64,000 nucleotides of DNA. Source: Octopus sinensis. Lineage: Eukaryota. Below the pieces are notes generated by a model, which ran no database searches, was not told the DNA's origin, and saw only the letters and a list, made by a program, of their open reading frames with translations. The stretch is taken from contig NC_043013.1 of NCBI RefSeq assembly GCF_006345805.1, positions 42,656,001 through 42,720,000 on the forward strand. Reading direction: 5' to 3'. The position numbers were made by a program, and so were the translations under genes. Positions 12,601 to 26,045 of this stretch are shown here, piece by piece (position 1 is the stretch's first letter; each line of letters starts with the position of its first letter).

Positions 12601-15600
12601 CACAGGCATGGCTGTGTGGTAAGTAGCTTGCTTCCCAACCACATGGTTCCAGGTTCAGTCCCACTGCATGGCACCTTGAGCAAGTGTTTTCTACTATAGC
12701 CTCGGGCCGACGAAAGCCTTGTGAGTAGATTTGATAGACGGAAACTGAAGGAAGCCCATTGTATATATGTATGGATATATTTGTGTATGTGCGTGGGCGT
12801 CTGTGTTTGTCTCCCCTCCATCGCTCGACAGCCGATGTTGGTGTGTCTACGTCCCTGTAAAATTACTGGTTCAGCAAAAGAGACAGACAGACTAGGCTTA
12901 CAAAGAATAAGTCCTGGGGTCAATTTGTTCGACTAAAGGTGGTGTTCCAACATGGCCGCAGTCAAATGACTGAAACAAGTAAAAGAATAAAAGCTGGATG
13001 CCCCACCTGTCACCAACACTCACTTCTTTCCAAGCAAAGTAATATTCTCTCAACGCCAGACAGGTTTTTCACAGAAGACTGGAAACAAACAACCTCACCT
13101 ATATGACAATGATGCTTGTTTACAACCATCACATGATGTCTAGACAAGAGTAAACACACATACACTCACACACAAATACAAAGACCCTCTTTCAGTCTCT
13201 GTCCACCTAATCCACTCACAAGGCTTTGGGTCAGCCCTGTGCTAAACAGTGGGCCTGAAACTGACACCACATGGTTGTAAGGCAAACTTCCTAACCACCC
13301 AGCCTTGTCTGTACCTCAAAAGAAATTAATAATTGCTGAAAGGGTCAAATTCTAATCACATCAAAATCTGAATTGATCTAAAATTATTCTCAGAGACTAT
13401 GTGAGTCAGCTTCTTGTGAATTTAAAAAAACTGCACTGAAAGGACAGAGGGCAGAAGAAGATACAATTTAAACAAAACTCATAAATGATAATCATCTGAG
13501 CATTGTATAAAAGCATTAGAAAGTTTAATCAGTGCATTGAAATGATTTCTAAATCTGAGATAACAAAACTAAAATAAGAAAAAAATAGGAAGCAAGCACA
13601 TCGTGTCATATATTACCATTTATCTTTTACTGGTTTCAGTCATGGACTGTGGCCATGTTGGGGCACTATGTTGAGGAGTTTTTAAGTCAAGCAGATTGAC
13701 TTTGTACTTTTTTTAATTTTAAAGTTTGTGTCTTATTCTATCAGTTTCTTTTGCTGAACCACTAAGTTATGGGGATGTAAACAAATCAACACCAGTTGTC
13801 AAGTGATGGTGGGTGGACAAACAATAACATACACACGTATACACTACCACACATATACAGACACACATACACACGCGATAGGCTTCCACAAAGTTTCTAT
13901 CTACCAAATTCTTTCACAAAGCAATGGTTGGCCTGGGGCTATAATAAAAGACACTTGGTCAGAGTACCACGCTGTGGGACTGAACCTAAAATCATGCAGT
14001 TACAATACAAGCTTCTTAACCACATATCCATGCCAAGTACATATCTGATTCTAAATGTCGCTTTTGGGAATGTGTTTACACCAACACAATACCCAGCATT
14101 TAATAAATGCAGCAAAATGAGTAACTTCTGGTCAGTCAGTACGAAAATTTAGAAAAAGGTTGAGGAAAATGAAGAAACAGAAAATGAAACTTCTTCAAGT
14201 GTTTATTAAATTGGCATAAAAAATATAATGGTTAATGTGAAACTCAGTGCAGGTACAACATCAATTTCCTGAAACATTTGGTTCCAACGCCTTTCCAAAT
14301 TAATTTTTCTAGACCAAGGTTGCTCACCTAGGTCAACAAACTAAATTAAACCAATGTTAAATTTACTTCATTAAATGAAATACAGATACCTGTACATTAG
14401 TACAAGTCAATGGGACTAAACCAGGGTCCATAGAAGGATTTTGTTGTTAAAAATTTATATACAGGCGTAGGAGTGGCTGTGTGGTAAGAAGCTTGCTTAC
14501 CAACCACATAGTTCCAGGTTCAGTCCCACTGCATGGCACCTTGGGCAAGTGTCTTCTACTATAGCCTTGGACTGACCAAAGCCTTGTGAGTAGATTTGGT
14601 AGACGGAAACTGAAAGAAGCCTGTCGTATATATATGTGTGTGTGTGTGTGTGTTTGTGTATATATATATATATATGTATGTATGTGTGTGTGTATATGTT
14701 TGTGCGTCTGTGTTTGTCCCCTCTACATCGCTTGACAACTGATGCTAGTGTGTTTACGTCCCCGTAACCTAGCGGTTCAGCAAAAGAGACCGATAAAATA
14801 AGTACTAGGCTTACAAAGAATAAGTCCCGGGGTCGACTTGCTCGACTAAAGGTGGTGCTCCAGCATGACTGAAACCAGTAAAAGAGTAAAGGGTATACAA
14901 TAAATTGGATATACTTCTTTTATGAAAATGAGACGACCATGCACACATAAAAAATAGTTAAAATAACTTCTTAGTATATAATGGTGGCAAGTTTTACATC
15001 ATCTGAAAAGTCATTAGTTGAACTATTAGTCCTCTTGCAATCTTGGGGGTATTGGAGTGTTTGAGTGAGGTTAGACCCCAACAAACACCCATAAATTAAA
15101 TGCAAATATCTGGGCCACAATTGTGGCCTGTCGACCTGTGCCTGATGGCCATGATCATGGCCTGTCTCACTTTATGTGTTAAATATAAAAATAGAATAGG
15201 ATTTTTTAAAACACTGAAAGGGTATGAGGGTCCAGTAATGTAAAATAGAAATCTAAGGGGTCTACAGGCAAAAAATGGTTGAGAACCACTAGTATAAATG
15301 ATACACATTTACTCATACTGTACTATGTAAGGTATCAGAAAACTAGTCTGGCAGCCACAGGAATTTCTGTTTCCCTGTTTGTAAATCAGTCATCATCATC
15401 ATCGTTTAAAGTCTGCTTTCCATGCTAGCATGGGTTGGACGATTTGACTGAGGACTGGCGAACCAGATGGCTGCACCAGACTCCAATCTCATCTGACAGA
15501 GTTTCTACAGCTGGATGCCCTTCCTAACGCCAACCACTCCGAGAGTGCAGTGGGTGCTTTTACATGCCACAGGCACAAGGGCCAGTCAGGCGGTACTGGC

Positions 15601-17794
15601 AAAGGCCACGCTCAAATGGTGCTTTTTACGTGCCACCTGCACAGGAGCCAGTCCAGTGGCACTAGTAATGACCTCACTCGAATTTTTTTTTTTTTGAAGT
15701 TCCTGACCATCAGTGTCTGGATGTCAGTGTTTAACCTGTAGTAGTAATGTTAACCCTCTCAGACCTGGGCGCCTGTATCTAACTTTACCCTCCACCCAGT
15801 TTCATCATCATCATCATTATTTGATGTCCGTTTCTCGTGCTGGCAAAGGTTGGACGGTTTGACAGAAGTTGACCAGGTTAAGGGCTGTTCAGGTTCCATC
15901 TCTGTTTTGGCATGGTTTCTGCAGCTGGATGTTCTTCCTAACGCCAAAATATAAATATACAGCTCAAGAGTAATAATTGCAGGCGTGTTGTTCATTACCG
16001 CTTTACTGTGAATCCAGCAGAGATGGCGCTTAACCTATTCCTGCTGCAGCAACAATATGACATGACAAGGTTAAGATGATATGTGACACCAAGAGTCAAA
16101 TTACTGGAAAATTTCAGAATTTATAGAGTGATCTGAATAAACTAGTTTTTTTAAAAACAATAGAGAAAAAAATGCCATTTCAAACTAAAACAACTTCACT
16201 CACTCACTGTAAATTTAGGAAAGTTTGATGGAAACTAGTAAAGGAATTAATGCTGTCGGTGTTGTTGCTGTTGAATTTTTCATCTTTTACTTGTTTCAGT
16301 CATTGGACTGTGGCCATGCTGGGATACTGTCTTGATGGGTTTAGATAAACAAACCAACCCTATTACCTATTTTTAAAGTCTATTACTAATTCTGTTTGAC
16401 TTCTGTCAAACTACTATGGGGAGATAAACAAACCAATATCAGATGATCCCGAGTGGTGCTAGGAGACAAACACACAAATACAACAGGCTTGTACACAATT
16501 TCTGTCTACCAAATTCACTCACAAGACATTAGTCAGGAGCTGTAGTTGAAACAGATACCCAAGGTAACACACAGTGGGACTGAATCCAAAATTAAGGGAC
16601 TGCAATAAAAAAAAAATCTATATGAAACAAGATGTTGTTGATAGTTTGCTATAAATGTGAGAGTTTAAAATTCCAGGAAAACTGTGAGTTTAAGGGGTTA
16701 TAAAACTAACATAGTTTTAAAGAAAATATCAGGTCATGCTATTTTCAGGCAAGATCGTTACCAACACACATTAAGCCATCTGTCATAACAAAGGCTGAAG
16801 AAACTAATTAATGACAGTCTTTAAAAAAAAAGGTTCCTTCTCGTAGGAATAAATAGGCCTCTCTTTAAATGGTTGTGAAGTGGAAGGCAGATGGAGGTCT
16901 CAGAAAATGAGGAGATTATTAAAAAGCAATTGAGCGAATTTTTTCTTTTTTTTTTTCAGATTCACATCCAACAGGTACAGGCATAGTTGTGTGGCTATGG
17001 TGCTCATTTTCCAACCACATGGTCTCAGGTTCAATTCCAATGTGCAACACCTCAGACAGGTGTCTTCTACTATAGCTCTGGACCAACTAATGCCTTGTGA
17101 GTGAATTTAGTAAACAGAAACTGTACGGAAGCCCAATGCATGAGTGTGTGTGGTTGTGCATGTGTGTGTGTGTGTGTGTGTATGTGTGTGTATATACACA
17201 CATACATACATGAATGCATCTGTGTCCTTCCCCCACCTGCTTGGCAACCATTGTTGATCTGTTTATATCTACATAATTTAGTAGTTTGGCAAAGAGACCA
17301 AGAGAATAAGCATCAGATTTAGAAAATAAGTACTGACTGAAACAATTAAAAGATAGAACACAGACATATTTCTTACATCAGGCGGCATTTTATATATTAT
17401 TTATTATTAACTCTTTAGCATTTAAATTACTCTGCCAAATGTAATGTTCGTTTATTCACATTGTTATGAATTGTCAACGCAGTTTCAAGATGTTGACGAT
17501 GTGATTGTTTATTCTTAGAATGACATTGCAGGGTAGGAGTGAGAGGCAGGATCTAGCTGATTTGAACATAAAACAGGTAGAATATTTGAGAAGGATACGG
17601 TGAGTTCAAAAGCCAAAGGGTTAAAGATGTTAGAAACAATTAAGTCAAAGATAAAACTCAGAAAATGAGAAACGGATTATTAAAAACAGAAGAGAAAATC
17701 AAAAACGTTTTTGTTCGGCCAGTTCAAAAATCTTAAGTACATCAAAATTAAAACCAAAAACCTGAACACCTAAAGCAAAAAATTACCATTTTAA

Positions 17795-18014
17795 CCCTTT
17801 CGTTACTGTATATATTTTGAGAAGCTCTGTGTTTCTTTCAATTACTTTAAATATAACAAAGAATTTAGTAAAACAACTTCGTTATCATTCAGCTAGTGTT
17901 AGGGATGTAAATTGTGACTAAGGTTTGGTGGAAGATTTTAATTCAAAACTTATAAAAACAAGACATTTGTACTCAGAGCCAGAGCCAGTTTCAGCCGGGC
18001 TAGTAACGAAAGGG
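17795..18014. mobile_element. piggyBac-type MITE
   Basis: Perfect 12-bp TIRs CCCTTTCGTTAC / GTAACGAAAGGG with TTAA on both sides (17791-17794, 18015-18018). Confidence 0.9.
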
Positions 18015-19322
18015 TTAAGAGAAACATAACTCAATTAGACACATTACCCTTCTTTTTCGAGATTAAAGCATTGGTTTTCTTTTGGTTTCTTTTTATTCGT
18101 TTCAGTCATTTGACTGTGGCCATGCTGGAGCCCTGCCTTTGGGTGAACAAACCGACCCCAGTACTTATTCTTTGTAAGCTTAGTACTTATTCTATCAGTC
18201 TCTTTTGCTGAACTGCTAAGTTATGGAGACATAAACACACCAACATCGGTTGTCAAGCGATGGTAGAGGGGGACAAACACAGACACACAAACATATATAC
18301 GACAGGCTTCTTTCAGTTTCCACTAACCAAATCCACTCACAAGGCTTTGGTCAGCCCAAGACATAGAAGACACTTGCCCAAGGTGCCATGCAGTGGGACT
18401 GAACTCAGAACCATGTGGTTGGTAAACAAGTTACTTAACATACAGTCATGCCTGTGCCTTAGAATATAAAGTTTAAGTGAATGCAACATGAAAGGTGGTA
18501 TCATCGTCATCATTTAATGTCTGTTTTCCATGCTGGCATGGATTGGACAGTTTGACAGAAGCTGACCAGCTGAAGGAATGTTCAGCATCCATGTCTGTTT
18601 TGGCATGGTTTCTAAGGCCGGATGCCCTTCCTAACGCCAACCACTTTACAGAGACTACTGGGTGCTCTTTACATGATACCAGCACTTACAAGCCCATGAG
18701 ATTAGGGATGCTCAGGTGGAGCGGGTTGCAAGGAACAAGCTGCTATGCAAGGACAACCATGCTCTTACTTAGCTTGGTGTATCTTTTGAAGCACAGCAAA
18801 CCAACAGGGGTCTCAGTCACCTGTCATTTCCTCTGAATGAAATAAGCTTTGTTATAAAATATGGAAAAGTTTATCAATAAAGAATCTTTTTTTTTTAATG
18901 TACACACAGGCATGGTTGCATGGTTAAGAAGTTTGCTTCCCAACCTCATAGTTTTAAATTCAGTCCCACTTCACAACACCTTGAGAAAATGTCTTCTACT
19001 GCAGCCCCAAATGGACCAAAGGCTTATGAGTGGATTTGGTAGATGGAAACTGAAAGAAGCCCTACCTTTGAAACACGCAATGAGTCGAAACAGGGGCAGC
19101 TGAAGAAGGGGAATGTTCTTTGTGTCGTTTGTCTCGTACTCTGTTTTTTCGTTGTTAAAAAAGTCTGTTTCCTTGTTTTGTTTATATGTTTTCGTTTCTC
19201 GTTGTGTTCTACGTTTATTTGTGATGTCCTGTACTCATATATGCATGTATATATACATATAGATGTAGGTATGTACATATATGTATGTATGTATGTATGC
19301 ATATGTTTTATTCATTAAATTG

Positions 19323-19359
<37 letters not shown>

Positions 19360-19527
19360 TATATGTAATGTGGGTGTGTGTGTGTATATATATATATATA
19401 TACACACACATATACACACACGCACACGCAGATGGAATTTACAAAAAAATAAACTAAACAAAAGACAAAGATGGGTGTGTAAACAACAAACAGATGTATT
19501 AGTTTAAAATTCGGGAAGTGAGAAAGT

Positions 19528-19563
19528 CTTTTATGTTTCGAGCCTATGCTCTTCAACAGAAAG
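19528..19563 (-). ncRNA. Minimal type I hammerhead-like motif with a variant core (CUGUUGA) inside a dispersed repeat
   Basis: CUUU-CUGUUGA-A-GAGC-AUAG-GCUC-GAAA-CAUA-AAAG: stems I and II pair perfectly. A more degenerate copy lies at about 10210-10255(+). Activity unknown. Confidence 0.55.
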
Positions 19564-19907
19564 GAATACAGAAAGAAAAGAAAATAAAGGTTCAGTGGCT
19601 AGCGATCAATCATGGCAAATATATATGTATATATATGATGGGCAACAGAAAGAGCATCCAGCCATAAAAAATCTGCATCAATAAACTTCATCTGATTCAT
19701 ATAATAGTGGACATTAAAATGATGATGATGTATCAATAGAATTAGGATTAAATCAAATATCCAAATCCAAAATTGACAAACATCTTGTTCTAATAAACAA
19801 AATTGCTTCTAGCAGATCCTCCTCCACAGAAACTTAAATCAGATTCAATTATTGATAGTACCTTTGGTATATGTGAAATTGGAAACTTAAATGCATTATA
19901 TTACAAA

Positions 19908-20272
19908 CTAGCACTATGACCCGGCAACGCCAGGTCATAGTGCTAGTGCATACATATACAGCTGCGTGCGTGCACACATACACACGAGTACTGTCCAAAT
20001 CTCCGACCAATCACATACAGCTTGCTGGCATTCAATTGGCGTATCAAGTTTCAGGCATTTTGATTGGGTTTTGGATAAAAAAATTCACAAAAATGTCACT
20101 TCTATTGATTTTTTAATTGCTTTGCGGGGTGACTGGGGAAACGTAAAGATGTGCACGACCACTCTTGGACGATTTTGAATGACCATAGAAAGTGCGAGCC
20201 CTCTAACTGAAAAATTGTGGATTTGTATAAAGGACACACACACAGACATTTTGCCGTTTATATATATAGAGA
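19908..20272 (-). mobile_element. Full-length non-autonomous Helitron
   Basis: - strand 5' A|TC, 3' hairpin and CTAG|T, no TSD; further copies at 7004-7344 and about 22819-22952. Confidence 0.82.
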
Positions 20273-22818
20273 TTACATCGAGTTGGAATTGGTACATTTT
20301 TAATGACTAACTCCAGCAACTCAATAAATGCTTCCGATTCCACAGCCCTAACCAGATAGAAGGGTGCTCTGATAATAGAGAAATTACAATGATAATTACA
20401 CAGATAGGTTGTTTAAGATGGACATGTCTTTCGTATAAAATTAGAAGAACAAACACCAGGTTTCAGAGACCAACTAAACTTGTTGCTGGAAATGACATTG
20501 AATGCCATTATTATTTATGAAGATGCTGCATTGTTGCTAAAAGTGCTGAAAAACTACATATCAGGCACAGGGTTGGCTGTCTGGTAAGAAATTTGCTTCC
20601 CAACCACATACATAGTTGCAGGTTCAGTCCCACTGCAAGGCACCTTTGGCAAATGACTTCTACTATAGCCTCAGGCCAAACAAAGTCTTAGTAGTGGATT
20701 TGGCAAACAGAAACTGAAAGAAGCCTGTCATATAAGTATATATCTACATATATCTTTGTGTCTGTGTTTGTCCCCCACCACTGCTCAACAACCGGTGTTG
20801 GTGTGTTTACATTTCCACAACTTAGTAGTCTGGCAAAAGCAATAGAATAAAAACTGGGCTTAGAGAAGAATTATCAAGATGAATCCATTCAACTAAAATT
20901 CCTCGAGGCAGTGCCCCAGTATGGCCACAGTCTAATCCCTGAAACAAGTAAAAGAATAAAAGGTAAAGTAGATAGGATCGTAAAAAGAGATTGAAACTAC
21001 CAAGCATGGTGATCTGTCAGGCTATGTCTGTGCTGGAGGCTAATGAATTGTTTCTTTTGGGATATAAATTGACAAAATAGGGTACATCTAATAAAGAGAA
21101 TTATGGATGTACAACTACCAAAGAATAAAACCAATGAAAATCTTTTCCCAGACTTGTCAATTTCTATGAGAGATTATTATTTATAGGCGCAAGAGTGGCT
21201 TTGTGCTAAGTAGCTTGCTTACCAACCACATGGTTCCAGGGTTCATTCCCACTGCGTGGCACCTTGGGCAAGTGTCTTCTACTATAGCCTCGGGCCGACC
21301 AAAGCCTTGCGAGAGGATTTGGTAGATGGAAATTGAAGGACGCCTGTCGTGTGTATATATGTGTGTGTTTGTGTGTCTGTTTGTTCTCCCAACAATGCTT
21401 GACAACCGATGGTGGTGTGTTTATGTCCCCGTAGTTTAGCGGTTCGGCAAAAGAGACTGACAGAATAAGTACTAGGCTTCCAAAGAATAAGTCCTGGGGT
21501 CGATTTGCTCGACTAAAGGCGATGCTCCAGCATGGCCACAGTCAAATGACTGAAACAAGTAAAAGAGTAGAGAACGTATTGTGGCTTGCATTGCTTGGTA
21601 GACTCGGTGTCCCATTTACATGAAGTGTCCAACAATAAAAGGCATATGTGGGATATAAACTGAGCTTAGCCTTGAATATCAGTAGTTTAGATTTATATCA
21701 CAAAAGAGATTGCTTTAACAATCAATTCAAGTAAAAATGCTATTATCATGAATATGCTTTCACAAGATAGCTACCATGTACTATATTTATCAAAAGTGTT
21801 TACAGCTGAAACAAGATACTCAAATAACGATAGGGAAACCTTGGCAACCGTACAGTGAATTTACTTGAAGAGCATTATATTTCTGCCTGGTCAAAAATTT
21901 TAACTGGCCTCAGATGATACACCATTAGAGCATACTTTCAGCAAACAATTCAATAGCTTCTACACATTTTCTTATGGTGGGCTTTTGATTATGAAATATG
22001 TAAAAGGATCTGGAAATAACCCATGTTGATGTATTGTCACAGACGCAATTTAATAATCATGTTGGTTTGGATGAATGAGGATTTTTTCTTGTTTTTTTTT
22101 TTTCAAATCTCTATTGTAGAAACTGATGTTATATGAAACTTAGCGGCTGCCAATTACATTAGTGTTTATTATAAAAAAAAAATTTCAATAATAACTGGAG
22201 AAATTGTTCTATTGTTGACAGGCCATTTAAGTCATTGAAAAATTAATAGTTGATGGTATCAAGTGTAATGAATAATTAATTGTTCCATTACTCTGAATAA
22301 ATAACTGATAACAGCTGTGTATGATGATGTACACTCTGGCTCAATGGCAACAAGAAATTAGATAAAATTAGAAGCATGATGGCTACATTAATATGACAAT
22401 GTGGATGTCTTACATGGCGAGACATGAAAGCGGTTTGGCTGTTAATTCTATCAGGACAAACGACCAGACAGAGAATGTCTTGTTAGCTCAGCTCAAGCAA
22501 CCACGTAGAAGTTTTATCTTTGGGTCATGTCCTGAAAGTTATGTTTCTATGATTGAGTGAAAAATGCCTTTTTTCTATGATAACATGTGGGAATGAGAAC
22601 AAGCCAAAACTAATTAGTGTAATGGACCTTAAAAAAAACCAACAAGCGTACTGGGGTGATACGTGTGGCATGAGCAATAATAACTGAATCTTATTTATGT
22701 TGAAAATAAATTTTTTGAAGTAACTGTTCCAGGTATTCAAAGGAAAGTCTCCCTCATATTTCATCATGTAAAGTGACTGACATGTGCCAGTATAAAAACT
22801 GGAGTCTTATACATACGC

Positions 22819-22952
22819 CAGCACTATGACCCGGCAATGCCGGGTCATAGTGCTAGTGCATGCATATACAGCTGCATGCATGCGCACATACACGCGAGTA
22901 CTGTCCAAATCTCCAACCATTCACATACAGCTAGCTGGCATTCAATTGGCGT
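22819..22952 (-). mobile_element. Truncated copy of the same Helitron (3' hairpin end only)
   Basis: GCACTATGACCCGGCA-A-TGCCGGGTCATAGTGC palindrome followed by sequence matching 19940-20040. Confidence 0.78.
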
Positions 22953-24021
22953 GCTAATGTTTCTGCCAGCTCACCGCAAGCTTCTTACCACACAGCCATA
23001 CCTGTGCCTACAGGAACAACATGAAATGAAAAGTTCTGCTCAAGAACACAATGGTCTGGGAATTGAACCCATGATCTAGTAATCAGGAGTGCAAGACCCT
23101 AACCAGTAGGCCACACATCTAGTAGTCAGGGTATATTTATTGATTTTTTTCTAAGGTCCATAACACCAGCTAGCTTAGGCTCATTTTCATTCCTGCAGAT
23201 GATCATACAAAAAGTCATTTTTAAGTTGATCACAAAAAAGTATTAGCATTAGACATGACCCAAAGATGGAACCTTTATGTGGTCACTAGAGATGAACTAA
23301 AAAGGAATTTTCTAGTTGATTGTTTGTGCTGATAGAATTCACAGCTAAATCTTCTTCAAATCACATCATACATTCTCAAATAAGGAAAGAGCACCTTTAA
23401 AAAGACAACATGGTTTTAGTCTAGAATGAGTTTGATCATAAGATTGCTCAGTCAGGGTTGAGCAATAATTAAACAGCTAAAACCACAACAGTAATAAGAG
23501 TTAAGAATAAAGAAACAAAAGCAGCTACATAAGTATTAAAACTCTGAATTTCATGATAATGATTTATGAACAGGGTTTATAAGAACCAAATGTAAACTTA
23601 TGATCCAGAATCAAGTGAAACAGCTGAAAGAATGCTCAGAAATGTTAACATGAGTTTTGAAAAGCATATTCACCGAGTTAAAGATTCTACTCATGCACAT
23701 TCGACTTGCATGCCTTTCATTTCACAGGCAATCTCTCACTCAAGATATCTTAACCCTTTCGATACCAATCCGGCTGTGTGGTATGTGCTTAACAAACTTG
23801 TATGGCTATCTTTTATCTTTAATTCGCTTCAGTCATTAGACTGCAGCCATGCTGGGGTACAGCATGAAAGGGTTTTAGTCAAATATGTCAAACCCAGTAT
23901 TTAATTTTAGGTCTGGTATTTATTTTATTGGGGTATTTTTTTTTTTGCCAAATTGTTAAGTTATGAGGATGTAAACAAACACAGAAGCAAAGACACACAC
24001 ATATGAACATACACAAACATA

Positions 24022-24183
24022 CCGTATTTTAACGTGTACAAGGAACCCCCATTAATTTTGGGCTTAAAATTTGGAAAAAAAGTTTTGTAAAGGATTACAA
24101 TACCATCCATGTATAAGAAACTCCCATATTTTTTTAACCTAATTTTTGACAAAAAAGGGTTCCTTATACACATTAAAATATGG
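24022..24183. mobile_element. TcMar (Tc2-like) MITE
   Basis: TA|CCGTATTTTAACGTGTACAAGGAACCC ... GGGTTCCTTATACACATTAAAATATGG|TA; about 27-bp TIRs, TA TSD. Confidence 0.85.
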
Positions 24184-25582
24184 TATGTATATACATCATT
24201 TAACGTCCTCCTTTCATGCTGGCATGAGTTGGACGGTTTGACAGGGGCTGGCTAGACGGGAGCCTGTGCCATGCTTCTGTGTTTGTTTTGGCATAGATTT
24301 TATGGCTGGATGCCCTTCCTACCACCAACTACTCATAGAGTGAGCCGAGTGCTTATGTAGCACTCACACAGGTGAGGTCAATTTTGGCATGGTTTTTACA
24401 GCTGGATACCCTTCGAAATGCCAACCACTTTACAGTGTGGATTGAGTGCTTTTTAAGTGGTCACTAAATGACTTTGCAAGACAAAGAGTCATTGAGGGGG
24501 GAGGTGATCTTGTGTCAGATGATGAAAGATTAGAGTGTAACAGAGAGGCAGAAACTAATGTCTTGTTGCAGAGGAGGTCTATGGTTACCCAGCCAAAGAG
24601 AGGGAGAGAGAGAAAGAGGCTGAGAGTTAAGAATGAGGGCAAAAACAGTTAACCTATAGAAAGAGAGAGTGGGAGTTAAGAAGAAAGAGGTGTGCTGCTG
24701 CAAAGGAGATACATGGTAACCTAGCCACAGGTATGAGCAAGGGAAAGACACACACACACACACACAACGTGTGTGTGTGTGTGTGTGTCCACCACTGATG
24801 CTTGACAATCAGTGTTGGTTTGTTTACATCCCTGTAACTCAGTGGTTCAACAAAAGAGTGATAGAATAAGTACCAGTCTTTAAAAAAAGTACTGGGATTG
24901 ATTCATTTGACTGAAAAAATTCTTCAAAGCAGTGCCCCAGCATGGCCGCAGTCTGATGACTGAAACAAAGTAAACGATATAAGCATGAAGCACTCCCACC
25001 AAACATGAGCCCGTGAGCACAACTTACTAGATATTACAAAGCAATCTCCTTACAAATTACAACGCTGAAGTCTTTGATGAAAAAATTTTTTAAATGATAC
25101 GACTGCCATGACTGGAAGGCTTTTGATCAGATTTGACCCACAGCTAAACATCTTCCCCAAATATTTCTTTTGAAGACAAGCAAGGAACTTGTAACCTCAT
25201 ATTTCTGTGAATCCTGAATATTCTAAGCTGCAAATCAAAAATGAATTACAAACCCTAATATTGTATAGATGTTGCAATGGCTTCAATATTGGCTGGAAAT
25301 TGTATAAGACAGGTGGTGAGTAATGAGTTTTAAGTAAACAATGTGATAATTAAAAAAATTACTATCAAGTTATTATAATAATCTACTAATTTAATTAGCA
25401 GCGAGTTTCCATCATTGTTTGTCTATCCCTATGATATGCAGATCAAAAGTAATTAGCTGCTTTATTACATCATTGTGTGTTTGAATTTTCATGGAAATAC
25501 TGACAAATCATTTAAGAGCTGAATACGGAGCAGGAAAGTATATAAAGCTTAAATGCCTATATACAAATTGAGTGTGCAACAA

Positions 25583-26045
25583 CATCATCATCGTTTAACG
25601 TCTGCTTTCTATGCTGGCATGGGTTGGACGATTTGAGTGAGGACTTGCGAACCAGAAGGCTGCATCAGGCTCCAGTCTGATCTGGCAGAGTTTCTACAGC
25701 TGGATGCCCTTCCTAACACCAACCACTCCGAGAATGTAGTGGGTACTTTTACGTGCCACCAGCACAAGGGTCAGTCAGGCAGTACTGGCAATGGCCACGC
25801 TCAAATGGTGTTTTCTACATGCCACCTGCACAGGAGCCAGTCCAGTGGCACTGGCAACAACCTCGCTCGAAAGCTTTTTCATGTGCCACCGGCACAAGTG
25901 CCAGTAAGGCGACACTGGTAACGATCACGCTCGAATGGTGCCTTTTACATGCCACCGGCACGAAAGCCAGTTTGCTGCTCTGGCAACAATCACACTCGGA
26001 TGGTGCTCTTAGCGCTCCACTAGCACAGGTGCCAGTCATCGAATT
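25583..26045 (-). mobile_element. SINE-like family 4 (RTE-type (GAT)n tail, 5' array of about 64-bp tandem units); longest copy
   Basis: Core GGCGTTAGGAAGGGCATCCAGCTGTAGAAAC and tail CATGGAAAGCGGACGTTAAACGATGATG. Other copies at about 15390-15690(-), 18500-18830(-), 38785-39110(-), 41147-41470(-), 51390-51585(+), 52200-52385(+), 55730-56035(+), 63785-64000(-). Confidence 0.82.

Noticed and set aside
22430-22530. Apparent minus-strand terminal exon (GHDPKIKLLRGCLS*)
   Set aside because: The same GACATGACCCAAAGAT sequence recurs on the plus strand near 23250, so it is a repeat fragment.
25745-26040. Regularly spaced repeats that could be mistaken for a CRISPR-like array
   Set aside because: Degenerate tandem units with no unique spacers, part of a eukaryotic retroposon; no cas genes.
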